DNA of 24,382 nt from Candidatus Binataceae bacterium (GTDB taxonomy: Bacteria > Desulfobacterota > Binatia > Binatales > Binataceae), in the NCBI GenBank assembly GCA_050736555.1, contig JBOHWM010000040.1, positions 1-24,382 of the forward strand, read 5' to 3'. This document shows positions 17,810 to 24,382 of the stretch, piece after piece. Under the pieces are notes generated by a model. That model saw only the letters and a program-made list of their open reading frames with translations, was not told the origin of the DNA and ran no database searches. The position numbers and the translations under genes were made by a program. Each line of letters opens with the position of its first letter. The first letter of the stretch is position 1.

Positions 17810-18271
17810 ATGCGTCAGGTCGTCATTTTTTTCGCCACCGGACTCTATAGCGGTTACGTGCCCAAAGCGCCTGGAACGGCGGGATCGATTGTGGGCTTGC
17901 TGCTGGGGTGGGGCGTTTTTTGCCGACTGTGGAACCCTTGGCCAGCCGCCTTTGCAGTTCTATTCGTGGTGATGTTCCTGCTCGCCTGCTGGATTGCGGG
18001 CCGCGCCGAACACATCTTTGGCAGCCACGACAGTCCTCATATCGTTATCGACGAGGTGCTGGGGATGCTGGCGGCGATGTTTATGATCCCCACCAGTTGG
18101 CCATTTCTCCTCGGCAGCTTCCTGTTATTCCGGTTTTTTGACATCCTCAAGCCGTTTCCCGCGGGCGTTATCGACCGGCGGGTTGGCGGTGGATTCGGTG
18201 TGATGCTTGACGACGTTGCCGCGGGCATCTATGCCAACATCGTGCTACAGGTACTGCGGCACGCCATCTGA
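17810..18271 (+). CDS. pgpA: Phosphatidylglycerophosphatase A
   Basis: SG..PKAPGTAGS, HD..IVIDEVLG, LFRFFDILKPFP, GVMLDDVAAG. Confidence 0.97.
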   Translation: MRQVVIFFATGLYSGYVPKAPGTAGSIVGLLLGWGVFCRLWNPWPAAFAVLFVVMFLLACWIAGRAEHIFGSHDSPHIVIDEVLGMLAAMFMIPTSWPFLLGSFLLFRFFDILKPFPAGVIDRRVGGGFGVMLDDVAAGIYANIVLQVLRHAI

Positions 18272-18305
18272 GGCGTGAAGAACTCTGAAGCAAGGAGCGC
18301 GGGCG

Positions 18306-19595
18306 ATGATTATTCAGCGAGCCGTCATTCTTTCCACCGGTGACGAAATCACCACCGGCCGTGTGACTGACAGCAATTCAAACTACCTTGCCGACAAGCT
18401 CGCTGAAATCGGCATCGATCTGGTTGCCGTGCTGACGGTCGGCGATGTGCCAGAGCGGCTCGAATGGGCCTGGCGCACCGCAATCGAAATGGGCGACGTG
18501 GTAATCTCGACCGGTGGTATCGGACCTACCGCCGACGACCTGACCACCGAAACCGTGGCGCGTCTGACCGGCAAAAAACTTTGGCGCGACGAGCCGTCGG
18601 TTGAATATATGCGCCGGCTGTTCGCCACGGTTGGCCGCGTGATGCCAGAGAATAACATCAAGCAGGCGCTTTTCCCTGAGACCGCAACCATCATTGTCAA
18701 TCCATTGGGAACCGCACCCGGCTTCGGAATGGAAGCGAGCGTCAACGGCCATAGCGCTCATTTGGTGGTGCTACCCGGTGTCCCGCGCGAGATGAAGCCG
18801 ATGATGGAGGACAGCGTCATTCCATGGCTCAAGCAGAATCGCGGCTCTGATACGATCTTCGCGGTGCGAACTTTCCAGACGTTCGGAATCAGCGAATCGG
18901 GACTCGACGAGGCGGTGGCCGGACTGATCAAGCCAGAAGAAGGCCGGGTCGGCTTCCGCGCGAGCTTCCCACAGATTTCCTTGCGTATCACGGTGGAAGA
19001 TTTACCCGGCAAGGCTGAGAGCCGGCTGGAAGAACTTTGCCAGCGTGTGCGCGCGCGTATTGCGAATTATGTATACGGCGAGGGCGACATCACGATGGAG
19101 GAAGTGGTCGGCCGTTTGTTCACCGAGAAGAAACTCAAGCTGGCGGTTGCCGAATCATGTACCGGCGGCCTCATCGGCCATCGCCTAACCAACGTGCCGG
19201 GCAGCTCGGCGTACTTCAATGGCGACTTGGTCACCTATTCCAACGCGATGAAGTCCGCGCTGTTGGGGGTCCGCGCCGAGACGCTCGAGCAACAGGGCGC
19301 GGTAAGTGAGCAATGCGTGCTTGAGATGGCAGCGGGGGCACGCCAGTGCGGCAATGCGGACGTGGCGATTGCAACCTCGGGGATTATCGGACCGGAGGGG
19401 GGTAGCGCCGAACGTCCGGTCGGCACGGTATGTATCGCGCTGATCGCTGCGGACGGCATCAGCGTGTCGCGCCGTTATCAATTTCGTGGCAATCGTGAAT
19501 GGGTTAAGTTGCTGACCTCGCAGGTCGCACTCGATTGGCTGCGGCGCTATTCGCTAGGTATTCCGATCAACGAATCCACCGCCTTTCGCCGGTGA
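18306..19595 (+). CDS. cinA: Competence/damage-inducible protein A (MoCF domain + NMN deamidase)
   Basis: GDEI..G...DSN, TGGIGPTADD.T, GTAPG, LPGVPREM, AESCTGG, GSS.YF, GAVS; follows pgpA as usual. Confidence 0.97.
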   Translation: MIIQRAVILSTGDEITTGRVTDSNSNYLADKLAEIGIDLVAVLTVGDVPERLEWAWRTAIEMGDVVISTGGIGPTADDLTTETVARLTGKKLWRDEPSVEYMRRLFATVGRVMPENNIKQALFPETATIIVNPLGTAPGFGMEASVNGHSAHLVVLPGVPREMKPMMEDSVIPWLKQNRGSDTIFAVRTFQTFGISESGLDEAVAGLIKPEEGRVGFRASFPQISLRITVEDLPGKAESRLEELCQRVRARIANYVYGEGDITMEEVVGRLFTEKKLKLAVAESCTGGLIGHRLTNVPGSSAYFNGDLVTYSNAMKSALLGVRAETLEQQGAVSEQCVLEMAAGARQCGNADVAIATSGIIGPEGGSAERPVGTVCIALIAADGISVSRRYQFRGNREWVKLLTSQVALDWLRRYSLGIPINESTAFRR

Positions 19596-19754
19596 TTAAA
19601 GATAGCGCCGGCGGATGCGATCGGCTTTGTCATCCCCGGCCGCGAGTCTGTGAGTTCAGGAGAGCTGCGCATGGGTTTGGGACACACCCGCGCGGGCATG
19701 AAAATATGAGGCGTTCTGGAGCGGCTACCGTCGTGGCAGAGCCAAGCCATCGCG

Positions 19755-20034
19755 CCTCTCCCGCACTAGGCGGAGCGCAGCGAAGCCGAGCGAATGAGTC
19801 CGCGAGTCGCGTCCAGAATGATGGCAGAGGCCGACCGCAGTGGCCGGATGAGGAACCGCTTTGGGCCGCAGGGTCGTTGCCGTCGCTCCGCGTCGATCCC
19901 TCCGCGAATCTAAACCTTGAACGTAGCTCGCAGACTCGCCTGCCCGCTTCGCCTTCGGCTGCGCTAGTGCGCTCGCGTAAGGTCCCTCACCCGGCGGCGA
20001 GAAAATGCCGCCGACCTCTCCCGACTGGGCGAGG
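19755..20034. repeat. Composite repeat: CCTCTCCC/CCCTCACCC-type inverted pair enclosing two inverted family B copies
   Basis: CCTCTCCC..GGCAGAGG..GGATGAGG (19755-19853) and CCCTCACCCGG..CCTCTCCC..GGGCGAGG (19984-20034); family B at ~19763-19820 (+) and ~19917-19971 (-). Confidence 0.8.
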
Positions 20035-20312
20035 TATTATCAAGCTCTCCGACCGAGGGAATTGCAAAGTGCGCATGAGCCGTGAACTCGCCCGAGCGAT
20101 CATAAAAGTAGAGGCCGCATGAGGGTCCGTCATTTTTATGGCAGGGATAGCAAAAGGTAATTCTTCTGGCGACGCTAATCTGATTCTGGATATGCAATAG
20201 CTAATTGCCGGCCGCCGTCGACTGGCTACTGCAGGCCCGATACGCTTTTCAGAAGTGCCGATACCGGCAACGTCACTGCCCGGATAGGCTATTTTAATGG
20301 GAGCGTCATACC

Positions 20313-20750
20313 ATGGCTGTTCGACTGAACCACACGATCGTTGCCGCGCATGATCGAGATGCCGCGGCGCTCTTCTTGACGGAAACTTTGGGCCTGCCCG
20401 CGCCGTCGCCGCTTGGTCATTTCGCAGTGGTGCGAGTGAGCGATGATACCACTCTCGACTATATGAAGGTCGATGGCGAGATCAGGTCGCAACATTACGC
20501 ATTCCTGGTCAGCGAGCATGAATTCGATGAAATCTTTGCGCGCATTCGCGAGCGGCATATCACGTATTGGGCCGATCCGTTTCGCCGCGAGCGCGACGAG
20601 ATCAATACGTGGGATGATGGCCGCGGGCTCTATTTCGACGATCCCAACGGTCACTTGCTGGAGATCATCACTCGTCCGTATGGCGGCGGTGGCACAACCG
20701 CATTACGACCTCATCCATTGGCCGCACCAAGATTGACTCCCGAAAAATGA
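20313..20750 (+). CDS. VOC / glyoxalase family protein
   Basis: LNHTIV, QHYAFLV, GRGLYFDDPNGHLLEIITRPY. Confidence 0.96.
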   Translation: MAVRLNHTIVAAHDRDAAALFLTETLGLPAPSPLGHFAVVRVSDDTTLDYMKVDGEIRSQHYAFLVSEHEFDEIFARIRERHITYWADPFRRERDEINTWDDGRGLYFDDPNGHLLEIITRPYGGGGTTALRPHPLAAPRLTPEK

Positions 20751-20913
20751 GCCGCCTTACGCACAAGCCATCCGGAGGTCGGCTTGACAGGCGGCCTCGG
20801 GCACACGAATCTGTCGGTAAAATCCGCTAGCGCGCACCCACTCGACTCCTTATCCCCGTACCCAATCGTGACGTGTGCGTCGGCGCGATGTTGGACTCAA
20901 CCGCGGAGGACAC

Positions 20914-21711
20914 ATGCCGCAACGGTGGCCGTTTTCCGATTTCGCGCGCCAACGCGCCTGCCGTGGCCGTTTGATCATTTCGCTCGATTTGCTGCCGCCG
21001 CGTGAAGCGCTGCAAATGGCGGAAAGGATTGGCCAGACGATCGGCATGTTCGAGGTGGGCCGTAATCTCTTTCTCAACAGCGGACCAGATTTTGTGCGCG
21101 CGCTGCGCAGCCGCGGCTTCGAGGTTTTTCTCGATCTCAGGTTCCACGACACGCTGCGCAACCTGGTACGGCTTGCAACCGAAGCCACGCGCCTGGGCGT
21201 GCGCATGTTCGATCTTCACTGCGGCGGAAACCTCCGCGACCTCGCGGCCACGAGCGCGGCGGTGATGCGGATTTGCCGCGGTGAGGGGTTGCGCCGTCCA
21301 TATATACTGGCGCTCGCGATGCTGTCGTGCGTTGAAGGCGAGCATCATGGCGACGCCGCCGTCGCGGGTGACATCCGGATCGCGCGTTTCGCTCAACGGA
21401 GCGCGCAGGCGGGCTTGGACGGTGTCGTCACTTCTCCTTACGAGATTGCCAAGGTGCGTGAGCTATGCAGCCGCCCCTTCATTATTGTTGCCGCGGGGGT
21501 CAAGCCTGATAGCGTCTCGGCGGACGGTCACGAATGCTTGGGCGCCGCCCAGGCGATGCGCGCCGGCGCCGATTATCTAATCGCCTCCGCCTCCGTTTGG
21601 CGCGCCAGCGATCCGCTTGGCGCGGTGCAGGCCTTATTGTCGGAGATGGACCGTGGGTTGCGCGCCGGTCCACGCCTCATGTCCGAATCGACCACGCCAC
21701 GCTCACTTTAA
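20914..21711 (+). CDS. Orotidine 5'-phosphate decarboxylase (PyrF) homolog lacking catalytic residues
   Basis: LIISLD, VFLDLRFHD, AGLDGVV.S, A.RAGADYL give the PyrF fold; both catalytic Lys and the phosphate-binding GR are replaced; GGAGGA RBS before ATG 20914. Confidence 0.88.
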   Translation: MPQRWPFSDFARQRACRGRLIISLDLLPPREALQMAERIGQTIGMFEVGRNLFLNSGPDFVRALRSRGFEVFLDLRFHDTLRNLVRLATEATRLGVRMFDLHCGGNLRDLAATSAAVMRICRGEGLRRPYILALAMLSCVEGEHHGDAAVAGDIRIARFAQRSAQAGLDGVVTSPYEIAKVRELCSRPFIIVAAGVKPDSVSADGHECLGAAQAMRAGADYLIASASVWRASDPLGAVQALLSEMDRGLRAGPRLMSESTTPRSL

Positions 21712-21726
21712 TTTCTCGCTGCGCTC

Positions 21727-21782
21727 AATCATGCGTAGCTCGCGGACTCGTGAGCTCGGCTCCGCTTCGCTCCGCCTAATCA
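21727..21782 (-). repeat. Family B repeat flanked by AATCA direct repeats
   Basis: Minus strand TAGGCGGAGCGAAGCGGAGCCGAGCTCACGAGTCCGCGAGCTACGCA; AATCA at 21727-21731 and 21778-21782. Confidence 0.85.
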
Positions 21783-21916
21783 CGTGGCGTTGTACCAATC
21801 CTGTGGCCACAATAGGATGGCACCGCCGGTCGACGCGGATTGAAGCGGAAGGCTCGCGCCTCGACCTGTTTCAGTGGGGTTTTCCCGATGACGGACATCC
21901 TTTCGGAGTATCGTTG

Positions 21917-22744
21917 GTGTTGACGGTTCTTGGCGGCCTGTTCACCATGGCGTTAATCGCCGGCTTTATCGGTTCATTGTCGGGGTTGGGGGGCGGAGTC
22001 TTCATCGTGCCGGGGCTGGTTCTGCTCGCCCACGTGCCGATGCAGGTTGCTGTCGGCGCCAGCCTTATTTCAGTGGTTGCCACCAGCGCGGGCGCGAGTG
22101 TCGCGTTCGTGCGCGACGGCTGGACCAATCTACGCGTGGCGATGCTGCTGGAATGTGCGACGGTGACCGGGGCGGTAACTGGCGCCTACCTGGCAGGTAT
22201 CCTCTCAGCTCCAATCCTGGAGCTTTTGTTCGCGCTGATGATGCTACAGTCCGCCTATTTCTCGTTACGCAGACACGGTGACGACTACGCGATTAAATCC
22301 GACTCGTTTTGCTCACGGCTAAGACTAGGCGGAGCACTGCCGCTGGACAACGGCGCCACCGCGCAATACGGCGTAGTCCGTTTGCCGGGAGGCGCCGCAA
22401 TTATGGTGATCGCGGGGCTGATGTCGGGCTTGCTGGGAGTCGGCGCGGGAGCTTTGAAAGTGGCGGCAATGGATTACGTGATGCGGCTTCCGCTCAAAGT
22501 TTCCAGCGCGACCAGCAACTTCATGATTGGCGTGACGGCCGGTGCCGGCGCATTGGTGTTCCTGTCGCGTGGCGACGTTCCCACCGTGGTCGCCGCGCCA
22601 GTGGCGCTCGGCGTAACCGCCGGGGCGCTTTGTGGCAGCCGCTTTTTAGCCCGCATAAATGTTCAAGCGTTGAGGATCGGCTTTGTCGTGATCATGCTGT
22701 TGATAGCGGTTGAGATGGGCTGGCGAGCGGTTTCCGGGTTGTAG
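21917..22744 (+). CDS. TSUP (TauE/SafE) family membrane transporter
   Basis: GSLSGLGGG.FIVP, AVGASLISVVATS, SGLLGVGAG..KV, SATSNFMIGVT; start inferred at GTG after GGAG. Confidence 0.93.
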   Translation: MLTVLGGLFTMALIAGFIGSLSGLGGGVFIVPGLVLLAHVPMQVAVGASLISVVATSAGASVAFVRDGWTNLRVAMLLECATVTGAVTGAYLAGILSAPILELLFALMMLQSAYFSLRRHGDDYAIKSDSFCSRLRLGGALPLDNGATAQYGVVRLPGGAAIMVIAGLMSGLLGVGAGALKVAAMDYVMRLPLKVSSATSNFMIGVTAGAGALVFLSRGDVPTVVAAPVALGVTAGALCGSRFLARINVQALRIGFVVIMLLIAVEMGWRAVSGL

Positions 22745-22746
22745 GC

Positions 22747-23145
22747 ATGGACACGCAACTGAGTGAAGAAGACCGTATCCTGCGCGTCTGGACGCCGGTT
22801 ATCCTCCGCACGATTCTGATCGTTGCCACCGTTGCGCTGATTGTGGGACTCGTGATGATGATCTGGCGGAACCCGGCGTTTTATATCGGCCGCTTTGATG
22901 AAATACAAAAGGGCATTGGCATCCATCACAAGGAAGCCTTGTCGGTGTTGATCCTGACCGCCGTGCGCGGCAATTCGCATGCGATACTCACGCTAGGGCT
23001 GATGATTCTGACGTTGGTGCCTCTTGGGCGCGTCGCTTTCACTTTCGTGCTCTTCCTTAAGGAGCGAGACCAGGTGTTCATAGTTGCCACCGCCTATGTG
23101 CTGATCGGCCTTATCGTCGGAGTGGTGCTGGGGCGCGTAGGCTGA
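22747..23145 (+). CDS. DUF1634 family membrane protein
   Basis: Three hydrophobic segments, LGL.IL.L.P..RV motif, directly after TSUP, the usual partner. Confidence 0.85.
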   Translation: MDTQLSEEDRILRVWTPVILRTILIVATVALIVGLVMMIWRNPAFYIGRFDEIQKGIGIHHKEALSVLILTAVRGNSHAILTLGLMILTLVPLGRVAFTFVLFLKERDQVFIVATAYVLIGLIVGVVLGRVG

Positions 23146-23169
23146 ACCTTTCACATCAGGAGCATTGCT

Positions 23170-23946
23170 ATGGAAATTAATGGGAAAACCGCGGTTATTA
23201 CTGGCGCCGCATCCGGCATCGGACGCGCCACCGCGGAATTATTACGCGCCGAGGGCGCCTCGCTGGTCGTCGCGGATATCGATGAGGAGGGCGGCCAGGA
23301 AACTGTGCGCATGCTGGAGAATGCGGGCGGAAAGGCGATCTTCGTCAAGGCCGACGTCACCAGCGAGGATGATGCCCGCCGCATGCTCGAAACCGCTGTT
23401 TCTCATTTTGGACGGCTCGATATCCTCTACAACAATGCCGGTATCGGGGTCGGCACGCCGCCTTTCCCCAATTCAACGCTGCGGCGATGGCGGTTGGTGC
23501 TGGACATCGACCTGCAAGCGGTAATCCTGGGATGTTATCTGGCCGCGCCGACCATGGAACGTGGTGGCGGCGGTGTGATTATCAACACAGCTTCGATGGC
23601 GGGTCTTTATCCGTATAAAGAAGACCCCGTCTACGGGGCGGCTAAGGCGGGCGTGGTGAATTTCACCTATTCGCTCGCGCCGTGGGCTTCACGCCTGGCA
23701 ATCCGGGTGAATTGCGTATGTCCCGGCGTGACTGATACGCCGCTGGTGCGGAAGGAAGTCGAGCGCGCGAGAAAAGCCGGACATAGCGGCTCGCTGCCGT
23801 CGAAGATCCTCCAGCCGACACAGATAGCGGAAGCCGTACGTACCTTAATTAAGGACGACAGCTTGGCCGGGCGCGCCCTCGAAGTACGTCCTAGCGGTCC
23901 GCGCCTGGTCGAAACACCCGCCGCGCCTGGCACCCGTCGGCATTAG
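23170..23946 (+). CDS. Classical SDR oxidoreductase (likely NAD-preferring)
   Basis: TGAASGIG, VADID, NNAG, NTAS, YGAAK, CPG.TDT. Confidence 0.97.
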   Translation: MEINGKTAVITGAASGIGRATAELLRAEGASLVVADIDEEGGQETVRMLENAGGKAIFVKADVTSEDDARRMLETAVSHFGRLDILYNNAGIGVGTPPFPNSTLRRWRLVLDIDLQAVILGCYLAAPTMERGGGGVIINTASMAGLYPYKEDPVYGAAKAGVVNFTYSLAPWASRLAIRVNCVCPGVTDTPLVRKEVERARKAGHSGSLPSKILQPTQIAEAVRTLIKDDSLAGRALEVRPSGPRLVETPAAPGTRRH

Positions 23947-24174
23947 CCTGTCGGACAGTTAAATCCCCCCCAGCTTTGTTCACACGGCCAAGCGTTCGCT
24001 CCCGACCCGGTGGACGAACCTGTCCACCACCCTGAATCGCGGTTCCAAAAGGATTCGCGCTGGGGGGATGTCGAGAAGATGTAGCGAGTCGCGAGCTTAC
24101 AGACAGTTACGCCATTCCGCGGGAAGCAAAAATAACCGTTCGAGCGACATGAGGCCAGCTCGAACGGTGTTTGC

Positions 24175-24375
24175 TCAGTTGCCCCGCATCGACTCGCTTT
24201 CGGCCGGTTTCATATTGCGCTCCAAACACCACCGGTCGAGAACCTCGGCGTTAAAGCGCCAGTCGGTGCCGATTCTGAAGCCCGGCAGCTCACCGCGCCG
24301 CAGAAGCTTGTAAATGGTTGACGGATGAACGCGAAGGTAAGCGGAAAGGTCCCTCACTGTCATCACGCGCGGCAA
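24175..24375 (-). CDS. Small excisionase-like helix-turn-helix (HTH_17) protein, start may lie outside window
   Basis: MTVRDLSAYLRVHPSTIYKL...GELPGFRIG.DWRF; frame stays open to window edge. Confidence 0.92.
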   Translation of the reverse strand: MPRVMTVRDLSAYLRVHPSTIYKLLRRGELPGFRIGTDWRFNAEVLDRWCLERNMKPAESESMRGN

Positions 24376-24382
24376 GTTATAC

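Noticed and set aside
19535..20122. 195-aa ORF after cinA
   Set aside because: Arg/Pro/Ser-rich translation of stacked repeats with no domain signature.
705..21782. Repeats as a CRISPR array
   Set aside because: Copies are dispersed, degenerate and on both strands, with no regular spacers and no cas genes.
21617..21916. Long N-terminal extension of the TSUP ORF, or a frameshifted start at ATG 21888
   Set aside because: The extension crosses the PyrF-like gene end and a repeat; GGAG-preceded GTG/TTG starts explain the gene without invoking an indel, though the 21888 start cannot be excluded.
24175..24375. Excisionase as evidence of a prophage or integrative element
   Set aside because: No integrase, att site or phage genes visible; stand-alone HTH_17 genes are common.

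Overview
GC-rich bacterial chromosomal window, mostly housekeeping and accessory metabolic genes; gene style loosely suggests a deltaproteobacterial/Binatota-like organism (inference only). Order: serpin C-terminus (frameshifted), anti-sigma + ECF sigma pair, degraded DUF2063/HvfC-like remnant, GNAT-like protein, cyclophilin, PHP hydrolase, AT-richer SDH/Clp-fold protease (frameshifted) with a coupled small ORF, amidohydrolase, two SDRs, DsbA-like, TusA-like, PNPOx-like, MetE-like, CysQ-like, deoxyhypusine synthase-like (speY), cytidylate-kinase-like+BON, pgpA, cinA, VOC, PyrF-like, TSUP + DUF1634, SDR, small HTH. No rRNA, tRNA, CRISPR array or transposase was seen. Most notable: (1) a ~50-60 nt intergenic repeat with about a dozen copies that appears inserted into other REP-like repeats and into itself, some copies with short flanking duplications; (2) a full-length PyrF homolog with most of its active-site signature substituted; (3) a nested multi-stem inverted-repeat structure at ~4945-5179; (4) a decayed MNIO-partner gene beside an intact ECF/anti-sigma pair.
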